Shown: positions 11,301 through 22,830 of the stretch, one piece after another
Numbering within the stretch: position 1 is the first letter of the stretch
How the letters are laid out: every line of letters begins with the position of its first letter
Assembly: GCA_030141605.1 (NCBI GenBank)
Contig: JAQGDQ010000153.1
Location: forward strand, 310,001 to 374,000
Reading direction: 5' to 3'
DNA length: 64,000 bases
DNA from: Tubiluchus corallicola
Lineage: Eukaryota; Animalia; Priapulida
The notes under the pieces: generated by a model
What the model was told of the DNA's origin: nothing
Databases searched by the model: none
The model's input: only the letters and a program-made list of their open reading frames with translations
Position numbers and translations under genes: made by a program

Positions 11301-14300
11301 AGAGGAACACAAAAATTAAAATCAGAAAACCTAGATGGGTAGGATATTTAACGAGATTGCCAGAAACTACACACGTATGATTAAAGAAGGCACTAAAACC
11401 CACTAAAGGGTCCCCAGGCAAACCAAACAGTACATGAATATCAAGTATTAACAAAGACCTACAAAACGCTATAAAATGGAAGCTATTATAATATAATAAT
11501 AATATAACAGATGTATAGAGCAACAGGTGAGATAAGGATGATAATTAATGACTGCATCGACGCTGTAAACTGGGAAAATTGGCAGAAGTTACGAAGTCGG
11601 GTGTCTCTGCTGGCTGGAGTACACATATTGACGCATAACGGTACACGCGGTATAAGTTTCTAGTTGAAATTTTGTTTATAACTGTTTTCACCTTGAAATC
11701 GACCTCAAATTACAACAATCCTAGAGAAACTTACTGTCCGGATCCGCCTCCTTTGTCATTGGTCTTAGTTCTGAAAGGCTCATTGTGATACCCATCTCTC
11801 GCAGAACTAAACCCAAATCCTTGGTGGCAATGTAGCCATTCTGCTCCCGGTCGTATTTACTGAAGGCAGCCTTGTACTCTGAAAGAAAAAAATGTGGCGA
11901 TTTTAACGCATTTCAGTATGCAATTTTTTGAGATACAACAACAAATGATGCCAGCAGTTAACCTATTCCCCAATAAAAAACAACAACAACAAAATTCAGT
12001 CAAAATTGAATTTGCTTACTTGTTCGAATGACACCCAAAACATTAGTAGCTGCAATAAAGCAGCTTCATAAGGGCTTCGAATTAAACCTAATAAGCCGAG
12101 CACTTTACAGACAGGCGCAAAGATTTGAACTTGAAGTCCCTATAGAAATCACTTCCACTGGCCGTTTTCATTATTTCTCTACCCAGTCACTTTCTGTGAT
12201 TTTTTACATAATTATGAAGTTCATCTAAAACAAAAGGTGTACAAAAACATTTTATTTTACATCCTTTGATCTAATAATAAAAAATTGTCATTACTAGGTC
12301 ATTAACCATAGTTACATTGTGTAGTGACATGCTATTTACGACGAAACTGAAAAAAACAACCGTCATGTATCAACTGTCAAGGGAAGTTGTTTTCAATTTT
12401 ATTTTTTATTTACATACAGCCGGGCGGCATAGTCAGATAACGTGTTTGTTTTCCGTCTGTGAAGTTGCGGATTTCATTATCTGTACTATGGCCGGGTCGT
12501 ACCAAAATGGTATCTATTTTGCTCTGCCAGGCGCTTTGTGATTAGGGTAAAAGCGTGGTAATAACATGGGCCTCAGTCGGCGGAAAAAGCCTCACAGCTT
12601 TTGTTATCTATTAGTATTAAAACTCACTGTAAGTAAGATTGCTGTCTCTTGTGCGGTCTTGTGTCGCGTTTTGGCAGTGAAACATACGCGAATCAAGGGC
12701 ATTATTATCGGTTGAAGCACTGTTTTTGCTCTGTCCGGTTCGGACAAACAGGTATCACAGTTTCTTATTATGCGTTCCATATTATCAAAACTTTCTTTAT
12801 TTGTAATCATTGTTTAGGGATAAGAATCCTGTCCTTGTACTCGATGGAATATACTAAGCTGCAGCACTTGTGGTCCGCAGTTTGAATGATGGAGGCAAAG
12901 TTTAGTTATTTGATACTAGAAGTGTGTGCTACAGCTCAACCAAATGCTGAAGCAGTATGCGTGTGTCCCGCTCGTGGCCAGCTTCCATGTACAAATATAG
13001 CCAGCCCAAGTAAGGCTAGGAAATAGACGGCTTGCGTAGTTGGCTTCACACACAGCTGCCAACCGAACGTTGCAGTAAACACGTTGGCTTCATCAAAGCA
13101 CACGGGGAATGCTTTCCAGCCTTTGACTAGCTTCATTGGAATTATTTGGAAACACTCCAGTTTGCCACAATGGTTCACTTCTTCGAAATACAGGAGGAAT
13201 TTGTTCACTCTTCCGCGACTGTCACTAGTTACGATGCAGCAAGCACACATTTTCACATTTTTGCAAATTATCTTGGGAAGCATTACTTTTGATTAGGGAA
13301 GTACTAGTCATGTAGTTTGAATTTCCACACAATCAGGATTTGCTTGAAACGCAGAGAATAAGTTTACGCATCTGGCAAGCTTATAGTAAGATAAATCTGT
13401 GTAGGAACGGGTATGTACAGGGAAAATATCTCACTGTATGATGCACCATAATGTTTAAACCTGGCAGAACCGTTTGTTAAAAATGACAAATATGTTAACT
13501 TAAAATATTATTAAAACATCGTATTCGAAGAACTTTTATTCACCACATTGAAACTTATTAGAGTGTTAGATTGAAGTAAAATTATTAGGCAAAGAGTATT
13601 ATTTAAATGTACATTTTCTAAATGTGAACGAATGACTCAAAAGTTTTGCCTTCTATCTCTTAAGTGGCTTTGTGAGTCTGGTCAGGCTTTGTGAGGCTGC
13701 ATGTTAAATACAAAAACTCTATTTGAACGAATTAAGAAGAAGAAACGGCAGAAAAAAAGCGCTCATCGTTTAAAAATGCTTATTAAAGGTTGGAAGTTCT
13801 ATATAGTATAGTTAGGTATAGTATAGTATCTCTATACTATATAGTATAGTTGGAACACATAGTTTGTGATGCAGAATATCACATTTGTTGAGTATAATGG
13901 AAAATCACAGTTAGAGTATCACATACCTTCCACCTGCTCCTCCGGTAGTCCGAGATCGGCCTAAAACGCAAAGGAAAAGAACTAGTTAACTAGTTAATAA
14001 CTGTAGCACTCAGTGTACAGTCAATGTAAGACTTATATAAAAGTGATCACACAACAATATTCCCTAAGTTGATTATACCTTGTAGACATAATCGAGCAGA
14101 CGCTGTTTCTTTATTTCTGTTGGTTTGTTACAGCAGTCTTCCATCTCACGTAGTGTACGTTACAAGAACGTCGAATGATTTTCTTGCCACGCTGTTTAAT
14201 TTCATAATGCTTGTGCCGAAAAATTGGCTTTGATTTATTACTCAATACTATAAGAACGTGGTGAACAGTCTAAAAAGCACTTTCGTTAAATATTTTTGTC

Positions 14301-14843
14301 ATTATTGTCACTTGTAACGAGTGTTTAATATAACCGTTGGTCAAGTCAGTTATCATAAAAGCAAGACAACTTGACTTGGACCCGTCGTAAATATGTCTCA
14401 CAGGCAGTGAAAATTAATGAAATGTCGATCTAGTTATTAGTGAAACGAGCACATAAATCACTTAGTAGTTTTTACCTTAATTACTGAGTGATTCTAGCGT
14501 GTAAGACATTCTGGTGAAGCTACAGAAGAAAAATTAAACCATACGCTAATTTGTCAGTAAATAGAAGTCAAATAGCGAACCTAACATCTAACTGTGATAT
14601 TAAGATCAAAGTAGCAAAAGCCTGCATGTGGTGAGTCTTTTGCTACCGCACACACTCAAATAAAATATAATGTTCACACTTTGGAATGACCTCGGTTCAA
14701 AAAATACTGAAAAGAGCATTTTTTGGTTTTCCGTAGGAAATCATTACTTCAATGTCAAAAGCAACGTTAAGAATTCTAGCACTAATTTTGTGACAGTGAT
14801 TAATATTAAACTACAAAATAAGAATTATGTTAGTACTCACCAT
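8326..14843 (-). CDS. Troponin C-like EF-hand calcium-binding protein (invertebrate type), 6 coding exons, 151 aa
   Basis: join(14841-14843,13927-13960,11735-11878,9950-10062,9384-9519,8326-8351); all introns GT-AG with consistent phases. Protein: [184 protein letters not shown] is the invertebrate TnC signature. Confidence 0.88.
9384..9519 (-). CDS. TnC-like exon 5
   Basis: 136 nt; cttctag|GGA...GAT G|gtaagt; [45 protein letters not shown]. Confidence 0.9.
9950..10062 (-). CDS. TnC-like exon 4
   Basis: 113 nt; ttgcgcag|AC...AAG|gtatgc; (N)[37 protein letters not shown]. Confidence 0.9.
11735..11878 (-). CDS. TnC-like exon 3
   Basis: 144 nt; tttctttcag|AG...GAC A|gtaagt; (E)[47 protein letters not shown]. 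Confidence 0.9.
13927..13960 (-). CDS. TnC-like exon 2
   Basis: 34 nt; gcgttttag|GCC...GAA G|gtatgt; [11 protein letters not shown]. Confidence 0.85.
14079..14144 (-). CDS. Candidate alternative first coding exon of the TnC-like gene
   Basis: gagATGG start context with an in-frame TAA six codons upstream. Encodes 22 codons [22 protein letters not shown], then a phase-0 donor AAG|gtataa 118 nt from exon 2. Confidence 0.35.
14841..14843 (-). CDS. TnC-like exon 1 (ATG-only coding part)
   Basis: caacatcATG|gtgagt. An intron straight after the start codon is the classic calmodulin/TnC-family arrangement. Confidence 0.75.
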
Positions 14844-14948
14844 GATGTTGACTGGAGAGATCGCAAGCCCGAGAGAGGACAGGAGATGACTTACCAGACG
14901 CCCAGATCCAGTAAGTGTATGCCTTCTCTACTGCAACTCCACCTACAG

Positions 14949-14958
14949 CTAAATATAA
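14949..14958. promoter_or_regulatory. MEF2-consensus site upstream of the TnC-like gene
   Basis: CTAAATATAA fits YTA(W)4TAR, ~110 bp upstream of the ATG of a muscle-type gene. The AT-rich background makes chance matches likely. Confidence 0.3.
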
Positions 14959-16799
14959 CTCCTGAAGATGTTGGGCAGTAACCGAAACCACGCGCTGGAC
15001 TAGAAAAGGGTGTTTGACAAGGGTCACCCCTTTAAGAAAAACTTTTCTGAAATTTCGGGAAAAATATCGCTAAATATTGTTTAGTAAAGATGTTCATTTT
15101 GTCTTGACAAGTCGTTGATGTGCTTGTAGATCAAGCTTTGATAGTGAGATAAGAGTCATGTGTGTGAAACCGCCTCTTGGCTTCGCATAGTAAAAATAAC
15201 TAAAACTGGCAGCTTCAAGACGCATGCATATATTCTTAGATGAATGGGTGCTTTTAAAATGAGAAGATTATGTACCCGAGAGAGCTGTATAAATGAGCAA
15301 AGTAAAAAAATCTCTAACTAGAAGATAAATTTAGTGGATTAAAACAGTTTATTAAGAGACACGATCTCGGTACTAGCAAACATTTCTTGAACTGATTATG
15401 TTCAGTGCACCATAATTTCTAAACATACGCAGTGGTTATTTTTATTACAACAGAAATTAAATATCCACAGCGACTGCTGAATGTTTTACATTATTGAAGA
15501 CTTGTAACTATCAACTAAAATCAACCATTTTGATTTGCTCAATCAGCAAAACTACAACCCGTATAAATACAGGGAGCCTCTGAAGTTGCTATACACGTTA
15601 CAGTTTCTATATTTAAAAAAAAACACAGCAAAGTATTTGAAAATTTGTACACATAAACCAAAACGTCGGGCAATTCTTCTAGTCAAATTAGACGAAATCT
15701 AAAATGAACTATTAAACTAGTAGGCTTTGCTATTTTCGCTACCTCTAAATGGCAACTCGAGCATTTTGCATTGAGTGAGAACGTCTCTCACAGCTCTAGA
15801 ATTTTGAGGTGAGGCTGCACCTTGCTGAAGAACTGCATTGTTAATAAAGATAGAATAAATATGGTGCTCTGAATTTCCGCTTAACATCAGTTGGTGACCG
15901 AAGGGCCTCATGGCTGCCTGATTTTTGCACCTCATTTTTGACATTACTTGTAGTTGTCACAACAACGTGGTTCATGACAAAAATAATAAAAAAGAATGTG
16001 AAATGCCCCTTTTGATTCATGTAAGAGCTTGCTGAGATTAGAGAAAATTTTAAAAAGAAAATGAGAAGTCAAAGTACATAGTGATTTTTGAGACACCCTA
16101 TATATACATATAATGCAGTTAGTATTAAAAGAGAACAGGGCCCAGTTTTAAACTATAACTAAAAAATAATCCAATGTATAAAACACGGAAAGACAACTTA
16201 ATTGTTTTTAAGAGTGACTTACGTGAAAGAATTATTAGGCACGGAAGTTTAGTTTCCCGTTCGCGTCCAGTTACATGCATTTTGCCATTCAGTGCTTAGA
16301 TGGACACAGGCCTGCATTTCGGAAATGGTTGCAAAAAAACAAGCGCCGTGCCTCTTAGTTCAGTTGTGACGCAGTGCACACTTTTGAGAGCTTATGCGTT
16401 AGCAAGTTGTAAACTTGAAATTTAAATTTTTAAATTGAAAATTTGCCGAGGTTTTATGTATTTGTACTTCAATTTTCGGTTTTGCGAACACGTGCAACAT
16501 GATCGTGAAATGTTTATGCTGTTGAAAATTTTGACCGCATCACTAGTTCGACTCACAGGCATTTAATTAAGTTTTTTAACCATCACAAACGGTGTTATTA
16601 AATTATTAGAAACATTAGAGCACTTTTGCTGGTGTTAAACTGTATGCTTTTTCTGTACTTTACAATTGGGTATTATAATGTACTGTATTAGGTATTTACT
16701 TTATAATGGGTAAGATATGAAAAATCATCCTGTTTTCCTAAATAACTAAAACTGGCAAACCAAAATACACAAATGAAACATTGTAACTAATAATTAGTT

Positions 16800-18265
16800 C
16801 TAGATCTCCCCCGTAATTATCGACCAATTTCATTAACTTGTGTTGCCTGCAAAGCAATGGAAACTTGCATTAAAAATGAATTGTTGCGTTATTTGTTAAC
16901 TCATAAACCTATCACAAAAGCACAGCACGGTTTGTTAAAGGCTAAATCCATTTGTACTCAGTTGTGAGAATGTACAAGTGAATGGAGTAAATTCTTAGAC
17001 GGAGGGAAAAACGTTGATGTAATATATGTGGACTTTGCTAAAGGTTTTGACTCTGTTGTACAGTCTAAGTTATTACGTAAATTAGTTGCGTATGGTATTT
17101 CTGGTGATCTGTTAGAATGGATTTCTGCATTTCTGTCTAATCGTAGCTAGTGTGTAGGTGTAGGTTCCAAGTTCTCTAAATACAAAAGAGTAGTTTCGGG
17201 CACAGCCCAGGGGTCCATATTAGGACAAATATTATTTTTTCTGTATATAAATGATTTGTCTGATAATTTAAACTCGGTCTTTGTCAAGTTATACGCTGAC
17301 TATGTTAAACTTTTCGTAACGTCTAATATTAATCAAAGTCTTAGTCGAGCTTTGGAAACTCTTGCAGAATGGGCCAACTAATGGCAGCTTAGTATTGCAG
17401 CTCATAACTGTGCTCATTCACATAGGACGCAGTAATCCGCATTTTCAGTACGTACTAAACAATACCCCTTTACCAGTGAATACTAATTGTAGAGGCTTAG
17501 GTGTTACCGTGTGTTCAGGCCTAAAATTTTCAATTTACTGTACTGATCATGTCACCAAACTTTTAAAGTAGTAAATATGATTTTTCGTTGCTTTGTTACG
17601 AAAAACATTGACGCTCTTTTAACATCGTATAAGTCATTCATTAGACCTTTGTTGGAATATTGCACCACCTGTATGGAATCCTCATAATGTTCCTATGATT
17701 GATAAAATCGAGCGAGTACAAAGACATGTTACAAAACGGTTATATGCGAAATGTGGGTTAACTTATGTTAACTATTTTAGTAGACTAGACCATTTGAAAC
17801 TACAGGCCCTTGAAACCAGACGTTTTATTTTTGATATGAAAATGGTGTACAAAATTTGTCATACACTTATAGATCTAAGTTTTAAAGATTTTTTTACCTA
17901 CGCACCTAGTCTCGGATTAAGGGACCATAGTTACAAGTTATACAAAAATTGTTGTCGTACTGATGTTTTTCAATACTCTTTTGCAAATAGGGTGATCGAT
18001 ATGTGGAACAGTTTACCGTCAGAGATTGTTAATGCTAACAACTTATGTTCTTTTTCATTTAAACTACTTATGTTTGATTTTAATCCTTTTTGTAAATTTA
18101 ATAAAAATAACTAATTAATGTGGGCTACCGTAAGTGCATTCGTGCCTGGTGGCTTTCTTCTTTCCCAAAACTTTAGCTAATCATATTTATTTGCAAGATT
18201 TTATTGTATATGTATAATTGTATATTTGGATTGAATAAATCTAATCTGATCTAAATTTAATCTTA
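16800..18265 (+). mobile_element. 5'-truncated, decayed CR1-clade LINE (RT and C-terminal ORF2 plus 3' UTR)
   Basis: NYRPISLTCVACKAME (16815), VDVIYVDFAKGFDSV, SGTAQGSILG, LYINDL, KLYADY, IERVQRHVTKR, FANRVIDMWNSLP. In-frame stops near 16964 and 17148 plus frameshifts. Ends with aataaa and (aatct)-like short repeats. Confidence 0.9.
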
Positions 18266-18461
18266 TGATGCATGGCAGATACCGAAACGTACAAATTGAT
18301 TGATGCAAATCTTCAGTAAAAATGACTTTTTCAGTGGTATATTGGTCTTGTTGAAATTAATATTTCAAATGAAAGATTTATTTGTAGTACACGTTTATAA
18401 AGGCGTTGACATATTTCCGACTTTTGTCGGCCCAAGTAAGAAGTTATGCAAGTCAAGAAAG

Positions 18462-18462
18462 C

Positions 18463-18493
<31 letters not shown>
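18462..18493. repeat. (GA)n microsatellite
   Basis: Read directly from the sequence. Confidence 0.9.
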
Positions 18494-18599
18494 GGGGGGG
18501 AAGGAAGAAACGGAGAACAGAGGGAGATATTCGCTTATTCGCAGTTCCCATTAAATTGCCTTTTAATTGGATTAAATTTGTATTAAGTGTTTTGGCTCA

Positions 18600-19450
18600 T
18601 ATATTTTTTAAGATATTTTATTGGGTAATCACAACTACAAACCACACAATGCACACAACAATTATAAAGATACAAATACACACATATGCAGCGCTACAAA
18701 AAACCTATACCACACGTTATCAAGAACACAATTACACAAGTCAAACTCAACAATTTAAACCAAAGACACTACATCAAACCTTGATGTATAAAGCCAATGG
18801 TACAACATGAATATACATAAACACAAATTTAAGATAGTTGCATACACATGTAGTATTTAGTTTACATAAGTGATGATGTTAGTTGTATACATAGTTCGTT
18901 TATTTTCAATTTATAATAATTACATTCGGGAACTGACACATTTTGAAACAAAATTACAAGCAATTTGGAGAATTTCTGAATCGTTTGAGCCTAATAGTAA
19001 TTTTAGTTTCTGTCATCATCTAATAAGTAAGTAAAGTTTGGATATATAGGGCTATTTTCCGTATAAAGGGTGTTTCTTAGTTGTTCACATCTACTACAGT
19101 GCAAGAGCAAATGGGTTTCGTCTTCTATTTCTTCCTTGTTGGGTCGCATTGTGTACAGTATTTTTCTTTGGTTGGTATTTTGTTAGGTTTATGATGTCTA
19201 CCGGTCTCTACTGCAAGTGAGTGGGAACTAATACGTAGTTTTAGCAATTTTAGCATTGCGGGTTACAGTATTAATTTGTAAGTTATTTTCTAATTCGTAG
19301 CGTTCTTTAACTTTGCATATTAGTGCTCGTTGTTATTAGTGCTGTGTGTTCTGTTAATTTCTTCTCTCCACTTTTTGTTGCTTACAGTTCCTTGGTTTTC
19401 CCATACATGATCGAAACCTGTTCAGCTCAGTACACCTTTCACAAATTTTG
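18600..19450 (-). mobile_element. Decayed LINE 3' fragment (RTE-X-like C-terminal zinc region)
   Basis: Minus strand reads LKLRISSHSLAVETGRH (19195-19245), then CTQC...EIEDETHLLLHC..CEQLR (19075-19160), with frameshifts. AATAAA near 18620 on the minus strand. Confidence 0.7.
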
Positions 19451-20745
19451 TCCAGCTGAATATACTGCTGTCTGATATATATATATACGTCTGGTAATAT
19501 TGTCAATTAGAAAATAAGATAGATCTATAAAAATAACACAATACCTGTATTGCGTGTAGTGACAACTTGCTCTATAACGCAAAGGAAAACTTGGTGTATT
19601 CTTGGTGTGTCGTTATCCGTGGAAAAGCTTGTAGGCCAAGCGGTGTTGTAAAACTTGCCATACTATGAAACAGAAGGCCTCTTTTTTAATTTTTCCAAGC
19701 GTTTATGTAGTGCTTTCGACGCTCGCTCTGAGCTTGGTCATAATTATAAAATTAACCCTCAAACTGCCATTGGAAGGTGCTGCCATCACATAACGCTCTC
19801 CAAAAACTTCACTTTTGCATTGCCAACGCTTGTAGGTTTTCACTCTCTCTGTTTGTCGGTCTCTTATTTATGTCTCTGGTCTCGGGGGCCTTACTGTTAG
19901 CCTGATGCCACTTTACTGCTGTTAATTTTTCAGTTTAAGACGGTTTAATGTATCAAAATAAACTAAATACATGTACCAAATTGACGAAGAAGTGGAAAAC
20001 TAAATTTATGCTCAAAGAGTTTCAAAGTCGCCCGATATAAGTTTTGAATTTTCGTGTTCCCTTCGCTGCAAATTTCAAATACAGATGGCGCTTTAAACCA
20101 ATTTAACGTCGATCGCGACTTCCGCGGGCCACGTATTTGTAATGTGCTCATGCTTTATCTTACGTTAGGTGGCATGGCTTCATAACTAGGAATAACAAGG
20201 GGCCTATAATTTGGTAGAGTTCCAGTGCTGAAATCAATTCGCATAAACACGAAAAAGGTGAAAAAACGCAAGTGCTATGAAAATGCTGAAAACAATGTTT
20301 GTAAACATAAAGGGGACGCTAAAGCTCAATAAAATCCTCGGTACGTAAAATTCAGTCCCAAGCTGATTTAGGTCTAAGCAGGGACAGCAAATCGGCTAAT
20401 TTTTCGATCCGCAAACTATTTGGTCCGCAAACTTGCAAATTCGCTCGAAGTCTGCATTCTGCTATTAACAACTGAATTATTTCAAATCCGCGACAGTTCT
20501 CGAAGTGCAAATGTCCAATCGGCAATCCTGCTCGCTAGGCAAATTTTACATCAATTTTTTAAGACAACGGAAGTGAATTATCTTTTAGCTAATCCTGTAC
20601 AACCATAAGTTATATTTTGAAAAACGCGCAGCTGCCGTACGTAGAAAGGTGTGATAAAAAAGTAAAATCTGTTAGGCAGCTTAGCAGTCTACACTCCATC
20701 GGGAAGACGGAAGCTAATAAAATAATGGCGAATAAAAGGTAATTA

Positions 20746-21285
20746 CAGTGGACTCTCGTTACAAGAATCACGCGTATAAGAATGAGCTCGGTATAAGAAT
20801 CAAAATCGCGTTTCCCGAATTGAATCGGCATTTTCCTAGTGAAAATCCGCTCGTATAAGAATCACCCTTTTTTCGATAGTAGAATCAATTTTGGCGCCAA
20901 CTCCATTGTCTCTCACGCCCTGCTTACATGGTTCTGCGCAGTGGGCGTGGCGGACACCACAGAGATTTCAAATTTGTTTGTTTGCGTGTCAGTCAGTTGA
21001 AATGCACATGCACATGAAAATTAAAAAATTTTAAGACAATTCTGGCATCATGAAATATTTACCCAACCATGAAATAAAAACATTAGTCTAGGAATTTTTA
21101 GGTCCTTTTTAGGCCAGAAGTTATGCTGTTTCATGTCGTTTCTAGCGTAATTTCGGGAAATAAATAATTTTTATGTGCATAAAATTTTTTTAAAGCAATT
21201 CTGGGTTATGCTCGTTATAAGAATCGCTCGTTATAAGAATCACTTTGCCTTCTCCCGAGGTGATGCTTATAACGAGAGTCCACTG
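20746..21285. mobile_element. MITE, pogo/Tigger-like (Tc1/mariner superfamily)
   Basis: 26-bp TIRs cagtggactctcgtta(c/t)aag(a/c)atcac with 2 mismatches, TA target duplication on both sides, and internal tataagaatc subrepeats. Confidence 0.85.
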
Positions 21286-21888
21286 TATTAGCACGAGGGC
21301 AAAACACAGAGTGTACTTTGCGCAACGCGCACATTGTTTATAAAGAGATTGACATTGATGATAATTGAAATCCGTTAACCAATCGCATAATTTTTTTATT
21401 CCCATCCGGTCCGCATATCTTTTCAATAATGAATCCGCAGTCCGATCCGATACACACAAGCATACATACACACATACAAACTTTATTTAAACTATTGTTA
21501 TTGCTGTTATTGCTCCGTAATTACCTCATATTAGCAACTCTACTGTTTGTAGCAACCTCGTTTGAACGTAGATAGTAATAGATATTTAGCTTGTTTCCCC
21601 CCTTGAAGTGGTAATCGCTTATTCCATGAAGCACTTGCTTGACACTGACCTATTTTCTGATCGCCGTTACCTGTGTGGAAATAGATAGGCAGTCTGGGCT
21701 AAAAGTGGTAGAAATGCTTTCACCTTTTAAATAGCCCAGATAAACGTAGAACGATTGTCAGCAGTTTGATGTTTTGAACCTTTATTGTTTCGTAATTACA
21801 CTAATGTGTGCGCATGGGCACCTGTGCGGATAAATGAATGGCTACTTTTTTAGACACTGCAATTTAAAAATTTTCATTTTGCATTAAT

Positions 21889-22206
21889 TTGAGGTTAAAA
21901 CGAATTTATTTTGAGCTAAATATTACTAGCGCAAAGTTTGGAATACGAATATTGTGGAATTGTTTTTGTGGTGCAGTGAAAAAAACGGGAAAGATAGTTA
22001 TCATGACGACGAATCTAGAAATTCGAACGAAGCACGTTAGATCGACGCCATATGGAAATGCAGGTAATACAGCAGACTTGTTAATGTTGTGTGGCGATGT
22101 TGTGAGTAATCCTGGGCCTGCATCTGACGAACCCGCAACAAAAAAACACATTGATGTAGTTCTTGGTAAACTTGATAATAGATATTACAAAGATAAAAAA
22201 TATTAA
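21889..22206 (+). pseudogene. Orphan ORF with a 2A-like motif, probable non-LTR retrotransposon 5'/ORF1 remnant
   Basis: DLLMLCGDVVSNPGP at 22075-22119, followed by ASDEPATKKHIDVVLGKLD. 2A-like motifs are known at ORF starts of invertebrate CR1/L2-type elements. Confidence 0.5.
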
Positions 22207-22354
22207 TTAATAACTATCATTTTCCTCTGTTGCGAACTTTCAGTAGTAAGCACTGTAAGCTTGTAACTTCAGAAAAAAATGTGCAAGCATGTCGAACAAC
22301 GTTTAAATGCTTAAATTAAAACGTTAAAATTAATTCTTGTTAGGGAAAGCGAAT

Positions 22355-22830
22355 GTAGGTAAAAATGGCACAGGAAAAAATAACACAGTAAAATGGCACT
22401 GGAAAAAATTTACAAATTACATCTATACGTGCAGTTTCATTTAAACTGCATCACAGACAGTTAACAAATCACAAAATTTTCAATTTTACTTAACAATTTA
22501 ACACAAGAACTAATAATAGTATAACTGTATTAAAAACAACACGATTCACACATAATTGCAGCGCTAGAAAATTTTAAACCACATTTTTATTACATTACAA
22601 CTAATGTAGGTAAAATGGCACAGGAAAAATGACACAAATTGAAAAGTAGGTAAAAATGGCACAGTAAAACGGCACAGGCAAAAATGGAACAAATGGAAAA
22701 GTAGGTAAAATGGCATATGAAAAAAATGGTACGGTAAAAATGACACAAATGGAAAAGTAGGTAAAGATGGGACAGGTAAAAACGGCCCAAAAAACGCACA
22801 GGAAAAATGACACGGGAACAACGGCACAAG
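22355..22830. repeat. Degenerate minisatellite (gtaggtaaaaatggcaca(g)gaaaaatgacacaaat units)
   Basis: Units at 22355-22410 and 22606-22830. These explain the three overlapping low-complexity minus-strand ORFs. Confidence 0.85.

Noticed and set aside
12270-12615. Helitron-like element (tctaataataaaaa start)
   Set aside because: No clear terminal hairpin plus CTRR end.
14962-15000. CTGAAGA...GAAACCA-CGCGC-TGGAC hammerhead-like string
   Set aside because: The cleavage triplet lacks the conserved U, stem I does not pair and the stem II closing pair mismatches. It overlaps the likely TnC promoter.
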